Source of the DNA: a virus
DNA: 64,000 nucleotides
IMG/VR virus record: IMGVR_UViG_3300021354_000450
Span: 77,322-141,321 of that record
Strand: one strand, 5' to 3'
Shown here one piece after another: positions 25,267 to 37,100 of this stretch (position 1 is the first letter of the stretch; the number at the start of each line of letters is the position of its first letter). Under the pieces are notes generated by a model. That model worked only from the letters and a program-made list of their open reading frames with translations, did not search any database and was not told the DNA's origin. The position numbers and the translations under genes were made by a program.

Positions 25267-27348
25267 TTATACAACTTTAACTTCAATAACTCCATCAACT
25301 CCGTTAAAATCTTCTAGAGCACGAGCTAATATTGCATTAGGATTGTCATTTGCAAATGCACGTTCAGCATATCCAGGTTTTGATGATGTAACTAATAAAT
25401 CACCTTTAGTGATAGGACCGACTACTTTACAAGGAACACGACCTGCAATTGCAATGTAAGGGTGAGTGTCATTATCTCCTGCATCAATATTTAAAGTATA
25501 TGCAGGATTAGTTGAAACGATTCCAACTTGTGCTGGATTACCATGACGATTAGTTGTAGTTACTTCTTCTTCCCCACCTATAATTAAAACTGTTCCTGGT
25601 TCATATATTTGATCAGCTGCATATCGTTCTGCTAAATCTGCATATGTTGCATTTAAAGTTGCTCCGCCATTTAAAGTCCATGCTCCACTTATTTGACTAC
25701 CATTTGCATCTGCAATTAATGTACTTATTGTTAATCCGTTAAATGTTGGACTACTTGATGTTGCAATAGATTGAGGAAGAGATAAAGTTACTGCTCCGGC
25801 ACTTGAAGAAACATTAATTTGATTAGCAGTTCCTGTTAATGATGATACCCCATAAGATGAAAGAGATGCTTCTGTAATTACTCTCGAATTGTTATCATAT
25901 AAGAAATCTGCATTAACTCTTTTAAAAGTAACAGTTGCAGTTGTATTAATTGCTTGTGGTAAAGAAAGTGTTGGATTTTGTCCAGTTGAAACATTAATTT
26001 GATAAGTAGTTCCAGATAACGATAAAATTCCTGTATTAGTTAAACTTACATTTAGTGTATTAGCATAAGATAGCGTTCCTCCGCCAGTTAATCCAGTTCC
26101 TGCTGCAATTGTAACACTTGTTAAAACTCGTTTAGAACCTTCGTATAATAGATCACCAGAAATATTATTACCATTAATTGTTGGTCCATTAAATACAGAA
26201 CAAGTAATTGTAGTACAATCAACCCACTGACTGTTAACTCTAGTTCCGTTAACTGTAGTTCCGTTAACTGTAGTTCCGTTAAATGTTGTTCCATTAATTG
26301 TAGTAGCAGATATTGAATTAAAATATCCAAATCCAAACTTTTGATTTGAAGCACCTAAATTTACCGATGCTGCTGACGGATTTGGTAAAATGTTACCTGT
26401 ATTATTTGATCCGGTTGAAATATAAAAAATATTAAAATAATCATTTTCATTTGTTGAAACTTTATTACTTGTTGTAATATTAAAATACAATTTATTACTA
26501 GTATTATTTCCAACATGACTTATGTGTGCAGCTCCATTGATGATATGAAGTTTTAAAACACCTTGTTGACCAATCAATATTCCTGAATCATCTGCAACTG
26601 AAATTGAACCACTTAATGACGAAAGTTGACTAGATAATAAAAAATCATCAGCTGAATGATACGTTCCATTTGCTTTAACTAAGCCTAAAGAAGTTGCCGC
26701 AGTTCCCCAAAGAATATGACCCCCATTTAAAGGTGTAAAACTAATGCCGTGAATATCACTTGAAGGAAAAGTTATACCTTTTTTAACTAACGGAAATAAC
26801 GAATATGATTGATCAGATGATTTTGTTGTAAAGTCAATTGAAGATGAAACAAACGTATCTTCTGAGTTAACAATCATCTTAATAACTGTCTGTTCTACCT
26901 CTGCATTATTAACTATAATTGATTCAATTGCACCACTTGTATTTGATCTTGAAGTTAGTGGTCCGACAATTACCCAATTTGTGCCAACTCCGGTATATGC
27001 ATATAATCGATTTTCATTTTTATCAAACCATAAATCACCTGCATTATATCCAGATGATGGTCTTACCGTTCCATTTTCAATAATACCTAATGATTTAAAC
27101 TGTGTTCCGTCAAAAATTTTAAATTTTTTGTTAGCGGAATCAAACCATGCCTGACCAGTAAGGCGTTTACTTGGGGGTGTTGTATTTGAAAAATTTTCTA
27201 AAATCTTTACAAAATTTTCATTAAATGCTTCTCCATACCCTAAGAAGTTTTTTCCTATTAACGTAAGATCAAGTGAATTAGTATCAGCTGTTCCATCTTG
27301 AATAACTGCTATCTTTGTACCGTTTGTTTTGTTTATAATATATGGCAT
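25267..27348 (-). CDS. Tail fibre/spike protein with C-terminal intramolecular chaperone (autocleavage) domain
   Basis: Shared N-terminal module LTLIGKN..GYGE..NENF..ILENF..P..GQ.WFD; C-terminal ADLAERY...GIVST.P...GRVPCKV.G.I.KGDLLV. Confidence 0.75.
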   Translation of the reverse strand: MPYIINKTNGTKIAVIQDGTADTNSLDLTLIGKNFLGYGEAFNENFVKILENFSNTTPPSKRLTGQAWFDSANKKFKIFDGTQFKSLGIIENGTVRPSSGYNAGDLWFDKNENRLYAYTGVGTNWVIVGPLTSRSNTSGAIESIIVNNAEVEQTVIKMIVNSEDTFVSSSIDFTTKSSDQSYSLFPLVKKGITFPSSDIHGISFTPLNGGHILWGTAATSLGLVKANGTYHSADDFLLSSQLSSLSGSISVADDSGILIGQQGVLKLHIINGAAHISHVGNNTSNKLYFNITTSNKVSTNENDYFNIFYISTGSNNTGNILPNPSAASVNLGASNQKFGFGYFNSISATTINGTTFNGTTVNGTTVNGTRVNSQWVDCTTITCSVFNGPTINGNNISGDLLYEGSKRVLTSVTIAAGTGLTGGGTLSYANTLNVSLTNTGILSLSGTTYQINVSTGQNPTLSLPQAINTTATVTFKRVNADFLYDNNSRVITEASLSSYGVSSLTGTANQINVSSSAGAVTLSLPQSIATSSSPTFNGLTISTLIADANGSQISGAWTLNGGATLNATYADLAERYAADQIYEPGTVLIIGGEEEVTTTNRHGNPAQVGIVSTNPAYTLNIDAGDNDTHPYIAIAGRVPCKVVGPITKGDLLVTSSKPGYAERAFANDNPNAILARALEDFNGVDGVIEVKVV
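26231..26305 (-). repeat. 15-bp in-frame tandem repeat encoding NGTT(V/F/I)
   Basis: GTTCCGTTAACTGTA units, about 4-5 copies, partly degenerate. Confidence 0.75.
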
Positions 27349-27361
27349 AATTTTGTCTACT

Positions 27362-29635
27362 TTAATATTTTATAATTGGTAACAATGCAATGTTTCTTGG
27401 GCGAGTTTCAGTTCCACCTATAGGTTGTATATCTGCCGAATCATTGACACCAACTGCTTGTTCAGCTCCTGAACCTGTAACATCGTTTCCGGTGAGAGAA
27501 CCTCCATATGGAGGTCGTAGTAATCTTGTAAAATTTCCATTTGCATGATTATGTGACTTGAAGTCATCAGTTTGATGTGAACCTAATACACGACCTGTAT
27601 CAACTCCTCGACCAAGATCTGCACCTCGGACAAATTCGCCTCTTAAATCAGGTACACGAAAATTTGCACCACTACCTCCATATGTATATCCGATAACTTC
27701 AAATAGATCTGGAAAAGATGCAGTTGCATATGATGCGCCATTTGCAACAAGATATCCTGTAGGCGGTGTTGTTCCTGCTGAATAAAAAATTGATCCAACC
27801 GGAACTGTTTTAATATTTGATAATGCTAATTGAAGTTGACTTGCAATCTGATCAATATAAGTTTTAACTGCTTTTTGGGTTGATAATCTATTATTAGAAT
27901 CAGCAGTCAATGTTCCATCAGTATCAAACTTGTTAATAAGTGTGCTATCTCTATCTAAAATATTCGTTGCAACAATTGTATTTGTATCAATAGTATCAAA
28001 TTGCGTATCTGTAATAGTTGCAAATGTAGCTGTAATATTATTTACAAACACATTATCCCATTTTAAACTATTTGATCCAATTGAATATAAATTAGGTGTG
28101 TTTGGAAGGAGATTTCCTTCAATTAACGGTGTTCCAGTAAATAAAATTGATGATAAGTGTGATCCTGCAGAAATTTCCGATGTGTGTACCACATTTTCAA
28201 TCCATAAGTCGGTAATTGTCGCACTTGATGATTTAATATTATTTGCAATTACATTATTCCACTTTAAACTATTTGTTCCTAATGAATATGTATTATCTGT
28301 CGAAGGAACAATATCTCCCGAAACATGCGGAGATCCTGTAACTACAATTGACGAAACAGCAGAACCTGCAGAAATGCCTGTAGTATACACAATATTAAAT
28401 CGGTTACTAGATGTTCCTAAACTATTTGATAAATCAGTTTCTGGAGAAAGTGTAGATAGTGGTGATAGCTTCCACGCTCCGACTAAACTTGCACTATTTG
28501 ACGAAGTGCCTGCATTTAATGTTTTTGAATATACTGTATTAAATCTATTTGAAAAAGACCCTAAATCATTTTGAATATCACTACTTGGATTTAATTTGCT
28601 ATTAGTTGTTAATTTCCAATCACCTTCTAAACTTCCAACTGTAGATGAATTTCCACTACTTATTTTTGAAATGTATCCAATTCCAAATGGATGACTAGTA
28701 GTTCCTAAATTAACAACGTTAGTTAAAACAGATAAAGAATTACCATTAAATGTTAATTCTGAAGTACCTGACTTTAATTTAATATTGCTAGTCGAATCTA
28801 AAAATATAGATGATAAAGAATTATCCCAATAAATTGATGATTCTTCAGAAGTTCCAAAATAAAGTAAATTAGTTGAATCAATAGACCAATTTGATTGAAT
28901 ATGTTCTGCAAAATTTCTACGAACAAAAGTTTGATCTAATTGGTTATGAAGACCATAAAGACTTATGTCTGATGCAGAAGCAGTAAACGTGCTTGAACTA
29001 TAATTTTTAAATGTTATTCCACGATAAACTTTTGAAAATCCAGAAATCGGATTTTGTAAAGTTTGAACAAATGTATCAGGACTTTGAATACTGATAACTT
29101 CTCCATTAACAATCGTTTGAATAACTGCATGAGGAGTTCCTAGATTATCAAACATTTTAGCAGAAGACATTTTAGTTATTCCAAACCCTGCAACTGATTC
29201 AGGACCGATTAGTGTAGTTTGTGTTGCAACCGTTGTTCCACTTGTAACAACATGTAGTTGTTTATTAACGCTATCAAACCAAAAATCACCTGGTCGGCTT
29301 GCTGCAAAAGGAGCACCTTCTACATTAACTATTGTATCTGTAGGAGATGTTCCATACCACGAAATTGCTAAAGGACGCCAATTAGTATCATCAAATACTG
29401 CAGGACGAAATACTCTATCAGTTGTATTAAACCAAAGTTGCCCTTGAAGAGGACTTCGTGGTTCAAAATTATAAGAAAAATTTTCTAATAAATGAAGGAA
29501 ATTTTCATTTTGAACATCTCCAAAGTTTGAAACATTTTTTCCAATTAATCCAACTGACGTTAGTTCGTTATCAATTACTCCGTCATTTAAAAGAACAAGT
29601 GTTCCACCATCAGTTTTACTTAAAGTATATGCCAT
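27362..29635 (-). CDS. Tail fibre protein with phage tail-collar domain
   Basis: Start moved to MAYTLSK (29635). Same N-terminal module; internal LG....F..VY repeats; collar PVGSI...PTGYLVANG...FRVPDLRGEFVRG. Confidence 0.8.
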   Translation of the reverse strand: MAYTLSKTDGGTLVLLNDGVIDNELTSVGLIGKNVSNFGDVQNENFLHLLENFSYNFEPRSPLQGQLWFNTTDRVFRPAVFDDTNWRPLAISWYGTSPTDTIVNVEGAPFAASRPGDFWFDSVNKQLHVVTSGTTVATQTTLIGPESVAGFGITKMSSAKMFDNLGTPHAVIQTIVNGEVISIQSPDTFVQTLQNPISGFSKVYRGITFKNYSSSTFTASASDISLYGLHNQLDQTFVRRNFAEHIQSNWSIDSTNLLYFGTSEESSIYWDNSLSSIFLDSTSNIKLKSGTSELTFNGNSLSVLTNVVNLGTTSHPFGIGYISKISSGNSSTVGSLEGDWKLTTNSKLNPSSDIQNDLGSFSNRFNTVYSKTLNAGTSSNSASLVGAWKLSPLSTLSPETDLSNSLGTSSNRFNIVYTTGISAGSAVSSIVVTGSPHVSGDIVPSTDNTYSLGTNSLKWNNVIANNIKSSSATITDLWIENVVHTSEISAGSHLSSILFTGTPLIEGNLLPNTPNLYSIGSNSLKWDNVFVNNITATFATITDTQFDTIDTNTIVATNILDRDSTLINKFDTDGTLTADSNNRLSTQKAVKTYIDQIASQLQLALSNIKTVPVGSIFYSAGTTPPTGYLVANGASYATASFPDLFEVIGYTYGGSGANFRVPDLRGEFVRGADLGRGVDTGRVLGSHQTDDFKSHNHANGNFTRLLRPPYGGSLTGNDVTGSGAEQAVGVNDSADIQPIGGTETRPRNIALLPIIKY

Positions 29636-29646
29636 TATGTTTTTCC

Positions 29647-31686
29647 TTAAATCCAAGTTCCGTCGTTGTACACTGTATTTGATGTACCTGAATAAGTTGA
29701 TCGAACCCAAGTTTGTGCACCTGCTGATCCAGCTACAGTATATTGTTTAATACATCGATTAATACCTAAATTTGCTGCAGGAAGATCAATGTTTACACTA
29801 TAATTCGGTGAATATTGAATAACCCTTTCTGCATTTTGAACTCCTTCTTTATCAACAAAAACAGGAATAGTGTCAATTGCTTTACTTTGAACATCAAGTA
29901 CTTTTGGAGTGGTATATCGTGTACATAAAACTCTTGCTCTTGATCCTGACGGTGTATCATATGGAATCGGAGCATTAGGATCAAGCAAATAACCTAACAT
30001 CTGAATTACAAAAATATCAAGTTCCGGATCTTCAGGATTAGTTGCATGACCTGTAACATCAATTGTTAGTGCAATTTTTTGATTTTGTGAAATTCCAACT
30101 TCAGATCGAACAAAATCTACAGTTGCAACTTCTTGAAGAAAATTATTCCATAAAGTTCCAGATGAAACACCTGGTGGAGTAGGAGTACGGGCATTTGTTA
30201 ATTTGGTTCCATTAAAATTAATATTTGAAGTAAGATTATCACCTATTACAATCGAACTAAGTTGTCCATTTGTTATATCCGAATTAATTCCAAAAGTTGT
30301 TTCTCTCGACCCACTTCTATAAATTTTAACATCACAAACAGTGGTAGATGTTGATACAATAAGATTTTCAAGTCCCAATGCATTTTTAATATCAAGACCT
30401 AACGAATCTTTAGTAAGAACTATGTTTCCATCAATCATATAAGTTGATGTAGACCCTCTTAATTCAAAATTATCAGTTGCTTGCCATACATTTGATGAAT
30501 TTGTATTTGGTCCAAGTTGATCAATTTGATCAGCAGTTTGAAACCATTTAATATATCTATTATAAGGAAAACTTTGAAGGATGATTCCGCCTCCAGTTGA
30601 TTTAATATTATTTGATACATTTGTCGCTGAATACGCTAATGTTATTGTGTTATCAAGAATTAGTAAATCTTGAGATTCAACATTAGAAGTTGCTCCTAAA
30701 ACAAATAAATTTCCATCAATTGTAACATCACCTTTAACTGAAAACTCACTTTTAGGAGTAGTTGTAAAAACTCCAACCCTACCATTAACTGAATCAAGGT
30801 GAAGTGCAGGGTCAGATGTTGCAAACGAATTCATTTGTAATTGAAATGGTTGTTCTTGTTTAGCAATTTTCAAAACAGCAACATTGTTTACAACTGAGAA
30901 TTTAAAGTTTTCAACATAAACATTTGATGACGGATGCGTCCCAATAGAAAAATTATTAAAAACTCTAACAGAATTAGAAAAATCGATTTGTTTATTATCA
31001 ATAATAACTTGTTCAGGAGTGATTATACGGCCTAAACTATCAGTTAGTGATTCAGCACTTGTTGCAGTTCCGATAAATTTAGTTTTTAAAGTTGAATCAT
31101 AACGTGCATTATATCCAAGTTTAATACTTTTAAAATTTATATAATTTGGATCAGAAGGTGCAACAGAAAATGTAACATTACTTGCTACCCCAATGATGTT
31201 ATTATTCGAATAAAGACTTAAAACAGATGAAGTATTTCCAGTATTAGTCTGCCAAATTTCTTGAATCCATCCTGACTTTCCTGATGAAGAAGTATATTCA
31301 GGACCAATTACAACAATTGTGCTTGGATCTTTTTGAAACTTTAATTGTGAAGTTGTTGTATCATACCATAAATCGCCGACTGTTAATGTATTTGGTTTTG
31401 TTGCACTAATAATTGGAGAACCAACTTGTTTAAATTCATTGTTTACCGTATATACTTTAATTTTTTGAGTAACTGTATCAAACCAAAGTTGTCCTTGAAG
31501 AGGTGCAACTGGTTCTGTCGAATTAGCAAAATTTTCTAAAATTCTGATATAGTTTTGATTAATATCAGTTCCATAGGCATTTACGTTTTTGCCAATTAAA
31601 GTTAAACTTGTAGAAACACTATCCGATGTTTGATCAGGAAGTGTTAATAATATCTTACCATTTGTTAGTTTTAATGTATATGCCAT
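29647..31686 (-). CDS. Tail fibre/baseplate-associated protein (paralog)
   Basis: Same N-terminal module (LTLIGKN...ILENFA...GQLWFD...GDLWYD). Confidence 0.7.
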   Translation of the reverse strand: MAYTLKLTNGKILLTLPDQTSDSVSTSLTLIGKNVNAYGTDINQNYIRILENFANSTEPVAPLQGQLWFDTVTQKIKVYTVNNEFKQVGSPIISATKPNTLTVGDLWYDTTTSQLKFQKDPSTIVVIGPEYTSSSGKSGWIQEIWQTNTGNTSSVLSLYSNNNIIGVASNVTFSVAPSDPNYINFKSIKLGYNARYDSTLKTKFIGTATSAESLTDSLGRIITPEQVIIDNKQIDFSNSVRVFNNFSIGTHPSSNVYVENFKFSVVNNVAVLKIAKQEQPFQLQMNSFATSDPALHLDSVNGRVGVFTTTPKSEFSVKGDVTIDGNLFVLGATSNVESQDLLILDNTITLAYSATNVSNNIKSTGGGIILQSFPYNRYIKWFQTADQIDQLGPNTNSSNVWQATDNFELRGSTSTYMIDGNIVLTKDSLGLDIKNALGLENLIVSTSTTVCDVKIYRSGSRETTFGINSDITNGQLSSIVIGDNLTSNINFNGTKLTNARTPTPPGVSSGTLWNNFLQEVATVDFVRSEVGISQNQKIALTIDVTGHATNPEDPELDIFVIQMLGYLLDPNAPIPYDTPSGSRARVLCTRYTTPKVLDVQSKAIDTIPVFVDKEGVQNAERVIQYSPNYSVNIDLPAANLGINRCIKQYTVAGSAGAQTWVRSTYSGTSNTVYNDGTWI

Positions 31687-31697
31687 TTATTTTCTCT

Positions 31698-33428
31698 TTA
31701 GATCAATCTTTCAACTATTAAAGAAGCTGAATTTGGGCTGCTAGTACGCAAACATGTTAATCTGTATATTTTTTCTTCTGTTATATTTTGAATATGAACA
31801 ACCATCGAACTCCCAATCGCTGTTAATTGTGTATTTGACACAGGTGTCCACGTTGATAGGCTAGAAAACCGATTAACTACTCCGGCAGGCGTTGGATTAT
31901 ATAAAACAAGTGCTGAAAAAGCAACATCAAGTATTCCAGAAACCGAATTGATCTGAACAATTCCTCCAGTTGTTACTCTTGCCTGTAAATTGTCAAAGCT
32001 TACTACTGTATCAAACGGAACATTGTTATTAGTTCTTATTTTAGTAACAACATTTGTAGCAGACGTTGCTGATACTACAACAAGATCATTATCAACATAT
32101 AAATTTCCACCAATTCCTACTCCGCCACTAACTGTTAATGCACCAGTTGTTGTGTTTATCGAAGTTGTTGAATTGTTTATAAAAAATGGTTGAGTTGTTC
32201 CTGCTAATGCAGCCCATCGAACTCCGGTTCCGTCTGTAATAAGAACTTGTCCAGATACTCCAGATAACCCATTTATCCAAATTCTTTTATTTGCATTAAT
32301 ATACAATTCATTTCTAAGATTTAAATTTCCGCCAATACTAACTGAATTACTAATTGTTGCAGAATTCGAAACAATAATATTTGCAACAGTTACTGTATTT
32401 ACAGTATTTGTTAATAGTAAATTTCCACCAATAATTAAATCACCACCAATTCCTACTCCGCCACCGACTACTAATGCTCCAGTACTGGTAGAAGAAGCAG
32501 TTGTTTGTGAATTAATTTTAACCTGTGTAGGATTCCCACCAATTTCAACAATTTTAATATTGCCAGCATTGTTATTTTTAATATTAAATGCAAACGAACC
32601 ATAACTATTATAAGAATTGACAAAATTTGCAACTGAATTATTACGTTCGATAATAAAAGTTGGATCTGTTCCTATTCTTAAAGCATTTCCATCCGTTGCA
32701 ATTGTAAATTGACCATACAATGTTTGATTAAGATCTTTTCTTAAAAATGAATTCCCGTTAACAGAAATTCCATTTTGTTTTAAATTATTTGACGAGTATG
32801 ATGTTCCATTAAAAATTGCACCTTCAGCAAGATTAACACCAAATTGAAGTGTTGTTGACCCTGAAAATCCATCAATAACATTTTTTGCAATGAACGCTTC
32901 TGATGCGATAACCGAAACAACGTTACCTCCAACAATATTTTTAATAATGTAATGTGGTTGACTTGTAACATCTTCAACTATTAATGGTACTGCTCCTGAT
33001 TCAACTGATCCGAAACTTTGATCACCGATTGGTTTCCAAATACTGCCGGTATAAAATTTAACTATATAGTTATAGGTATCAACCCAGATATCGCCTGCAC
33101 TAACATTTGTTGGTTCAGTTTCTTGTTGAAATAAACCATTAATTGGTTTCCAATTTGCATTACTTGCAGCACCGTCATTAATTCGTAACTTTTTGGTACC
33201 ACTATCAAACCATAGTTGTCCTTCAATTGGATTAACCGGAGGAAATGTATTTGAAGAATTTTCTAACAAATGAATAAAATTTTCTGCAATTGATTGACCG
33301 TATGTTGGAAAATTTCTTCCAACAAGTGTAAGACCACCAGTTCCGACACCGTTGTATTGAACTTCATCTTGTACTACAATAGGATAACTATATTTTGCCG
33401 GATCTGAATAAAAAATAGAATAACTCAT
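31698..33428 (-). CDS. Tail fibre protein (paralog)
   Basis: Same N-terminal module; two STSTGALxVxGGVGIGG repeats. Confidence 0.7.
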   Translation of the reverse strand: MSYSIFYSDPAKYSYPIVVQDEVQYNGVGTGGLTLVGRNFPTYGQSIAENFIHLLENSSNTFPPVNPIEGQLWFDSGTKKLRINDGAASNANWKPINGLFQQETEPTNVSAGDIWVDTYNYIVKFYTGSIWKPIGDQSFGSVESGAVPLIVEDVTSQPHYIIKNIVGGNVVSVIASEAFIAKNVIDGFSGSTTLQFGVNLAEGAIFNGTSYSSNNLKQNGISVNGNSFLRKDLNQTLYGQFTIATDGNALRIGTDPTFIIERNNSVANFVNSYNSYGSFAFNIKNNNAGNIKIVEIGGNPTQVKINSQTTASSTSTGALVVGGGVGIGGDLIIGGNLLLTNTVNTVTVANIIVSNSATISNSVSIGGNLNLRNELYINANKRIWINGLSGVSGQVLITDGTGVRWAALAGTTQPFFINNSTTSINTTTGALTVSGGVGIGGNLYVDNDLVVVSATSATNVVTKIRTNNNVPFDTVVSFDNLQARVTTGGIVQINSVSGILDVAFSALVLYNPTPAGVVNRFSSLSTWTPVSNTQLTAIGSSMVVHIQNITEEKIYRLTCLRTSSPNSASLIVERLI

Positions 33429-33431
33429 TTA

Positions 33432-34079
33432 TTATGTCCCACTTGTTAGACTTTGAATTCTAACTGTATAATCAATTTGTAATAGTCTGTTTAATGATTT
33501 TTGAACTGGATGAAAAATAACATGTGTTAACAACATCCCTGTTCCTGAACCTTCTAAACTATAACCTTTAAGCCCAATTTCGTCAAATACAAAATCTGAT
33601 TTTAAAGTACTTGTATCAAATGCTTCTTGTCCTGACGGTTCACCAAAGTCGAGCAAGCAACTTACAAGAATATCAGAGTATGCTGTTCCTGTAATATGTC
33701 TAACTTCCATAAAATTTCTTGAAGGATCTAAGTTTGTTTCATTAAATGCATCGATATTTTTAATATAAGTTTGATTGTACAAACTTGCATTTAACCCTAC
33801 AGAATTTGGTGTAAGATAGGTAATAATTCCAGTAGGATCAATTCGACTCCCACCATTTCCAAATGCCATTTCACTTATGAAACCTTTTCCTTGATTGCTC
33901 ATAGCTTGAGCTAGTCCAATACTAAAGTTTTCATAATGAATTGCATTTCGTTTGTCAATGAAGATCTCTTGAGTTTCAGGGTCAAAAATCCTGATGTGAC
34001 CTTGAATATGAAGATTTCCGTGTTCGTTAGTTTGTGAATTTTGATTTATAGTCATAATATTATCTGTTGGTTCTTCCAT
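33432..34079 (-). CDS. Putative baseplate/tail structural protein
   Basis: Lies in the structural operon; GHIRIFD...KRNAI, FDEIGL, HPVQKS...IDYTVRI; AATAAATA box 5 nt upstream. Confidence 0.55.
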   Translation of the reverse strand: MEEPTDNIMTINQNSQTNEHGNLHIQGHIRIFDPETQEIFIDKRNAIHYENFSIGLAQAMSNQGKGFISEMAFGNGGSRIDPTGIITYLTPNSVGLNASLYNQTYIKNIDAFNETNLDPSRNFMEVRHITGTAYSDILVSCLLDFGEPSGQEAFDTSTLKSDFVFDEIGLKGYSLEGSGTGMLLTHVIFHPVQKSLNRLLQIDYTVRIQSLTSGT

Positions 34080-34117
34080 ATTGTTATTTATTCGCTTGTT
34101 AACTTGTTTGTTTACAT

Positions 34118-37100
34118 CTAATTTTTTGGTAACTTAGCCAATGCTTTAGCAATAAATTTTGCTTGCGGAGTAGTATTTTTAGCCAAAGTACTATTTGAAT
34201 CATACCACGAACTTGCAAATCGTTTAATAACTTCAAGTTTTGCACCTTCGATGATTGTAACTGATGCGGTATTAAGTGTTAAAATTCCTGTTGAAGAAAT
34301 ATTAAAATCAGAAGGAACACTAATATCAGCTGTAGATGTTGAATCATAGGCAATTTCTAAATCATGTTTAACAGTTAATAACCCTGGTTTTAATAATAAT
34401 TTTCCTTGGTATCTTACTTCTACCTGATCAGTAAAATTTGCATCTGAGGTAAAAGTTATACCTGTTAACAAATACGAAGGCGTTAAAACCGAAGTTGAAG
34501 TTGTATATTTTTGTGTTTCTTCAGTTGACAAAATTGTCTGATCTGTTCCTTGATCAATAACTTCGTAACCTGCATAATAAATTTCAGCAGGTGCTGTTCC
34601 TAATGTACTTCTACGTAATTGGCTAAGAGTATTTCCTTGTTTAATAAAAAATTCAATCCGTTCTTTTTGAATCAACACAATTCCTGGACGATTATGACTA
34701 GGATCTGGTTCAGTTAAAACACTTGCATCTTCAACTTCTATTGTTTGATCATTTAAAGAAAAATTTCGAACCAATACCGTTGAGTTTGATTGACTTAATC
34801 TCTTATAATGGGTTCTTCCTAAAATATCACGAAATAATCTGTAAGCAACTGTTGATTCTCGATCTGCAAAACTTGTGATTAAAACATAATCTTGAGAATT
34901 TTGATAAAAACCATTTCTTATCGTAACGGTTCTGTTATCAGGTCCAATTGAATAATCTAAATTTACTGTTAACGGACTTCCGTTATATGTAACCCAGACA
35001 TAAGATGCATCAATACACGAACGTTGCATAACATATTGGCTACTTTCACTTACATTAAATCTTTCTGTTCTAATAAAATCAGGATCGTGATTTGTAAATG
35101 TTGTAACTACAATTGAAGTTCCAGTTGAAGCAGGAGTTGTTAAATTTAATTGGTTATCTTGAATCAAATACTCTTGCCCTTCTTTAACTACAACTGCAAT
35201 ACTGTCACTAATTGACAACACTCCAGGAAAAAATTCAATTTGATTTGTTTGTTCATTTAAATTCCATTCTCGTAATGCAGCAACTTCGATACCATTGATA
35301 TAAACTTCAATTTGAGATTGATCAATTCTTCCTAATTTAAAATCAATCGACTTACAAATATCAAATGTTGTTTGCTCATTCTCAACTTCGTAATAAGTTA
35401 AAACAGGAGGTTTCAATCTTTTTCCATTTTTTGTTACAAAAACTTGATTATGTAACGGTTTTGCATTTCCTGGAATTGGATTTAAAGTAAAAATTGACCT
35501 ATTACTTGACGGAACTGTAATAATTTGATCAGTAATTTCACTAAAAGATTTTGTTGTTTCTAAAAACAAATATACTTGTATTGTGCCTGATCTTTTAACT
35601 GTTATTCTTGCAGAACCACGATAATTTGTAAATGAATATTCCGGAGGGCTTATACTAACTCCATTAACTGAAACAAAAATACTACCAACTTCACTATATC
35701 TAACAAACGAAGTAAAAACAGTTTCAGATAACGACGAAATCGAAGTTAATGAATCTAACAATTTAACCGTTCCTATTTGCATAGATGTAATACTTAGCCA
35801 GCCAGTTATTGGTGTAACTGAATTAAAAGTAAGTGTGTTATTTTGATAGTTAATTGTATAATTGTTTGAAGTAACAATCTGATCATTTAATAATACAGAT
35901 ACAGATTTTTCAGTTGATGGACAAATTCCAAGATCAAATGTTCTTATTGTTCCATCTAGATAATATTTTTTATTAATAATCAACGGAGAAGAACTTACAG
36001 GTTGTGAATATACACTAATTCCAAATGCTTCTTGTATTTGTCCAGGAACGCATTCTTCAGGAGCAAAACTGTTAATTGAATTTAAAAATCCATCATCATT
36101 CATTCCGGTAATATGTCTTGTTGAAGACGATCCACCATCTAAAATAATTTCACTTGGTGAAAGACCTAACGCGGTAGTATTCTCTAAATTTCCACCGTTA
36201 ACAATTGCATCTAAACTATCTTGATCAGATGGAACAACAGTACCGTCACTTGTTGAATATCTTAATACTACCTGTGTCGAAGATGTTGTGAATGCAACCT
36301 TTGGAATTGTAATTGTTGATGTTGTGATGTTTGAATTAATTTCAGTAAATTCTGATTTTAATGTTGCTCTTGCATACGCACGAGTAGTTACAGAACTTGA
36401 AGTATGATTTGGGTTTATTGATTCTAGAATTGTTATAACCGGAGCTTCAGTATATCCACTTCCTGGATTTACAATTTGAATATCAACCAATCCATTTGTT
36501 ATTGTTGCAGTAACTGTTGCATTAATTCCGTTAAGCGTATTTGGAGCAGAAACAAAAACAGTTGTATATTCTGCAACATAACCCGATCCAGGAACAATCA
36601 TTGTTACTGTAGAAATAGCACCAGTTCCTAATCCAATTAATGTTTTAACTATAGAAGTCGAATTTACTCCATCAATACGTTTTCCACTTGCACTAGAATC
36701 TAAATTACTTTTTAAATAAACATTTACTTCTGTTCCAGAAGAAATAATCGTCGGAACTATAAATGTCTGTGTTGATGTAGACGTTGTTTTATAAGAAGTG
36801 TATCCTTCTTCAAATCCAAAATTATCCCAAGGAGTTGTTGACCACGGAATGTTGTTTGCATTCCACCCACCTGATGAATCAAAAGGTAATCCAGTTACCT
36901 GTAATCCAGAATATTCGATACCAGTCATTAATTGAGCAAGATCTTTACCTGGCATTCCATATGAAGGGTTATAATAATCTTCGATTCGACTTGCAGCATT
37001 ATATAAATCTAAATTTTTAGGATAGGTAATTTCAAGTATATCACCTGCATCTGGAATAAAAGATAACTTTAACGATGCAAATAGTTTTGAATATTCAGTA

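Noticed and set aside
27930-28574. 214-aa plus-strand ORF, and similar short antisense ORFs inside long genes
   Set aside because: These are antisense shadows of codon-biased genes, with no SD or motifs.
25267-33428. Diversity-generating retroelement acting on the fibre tips
   Set aside because: No reverse transcriptase in the window and no template/variable repeat pair noticed by eye.
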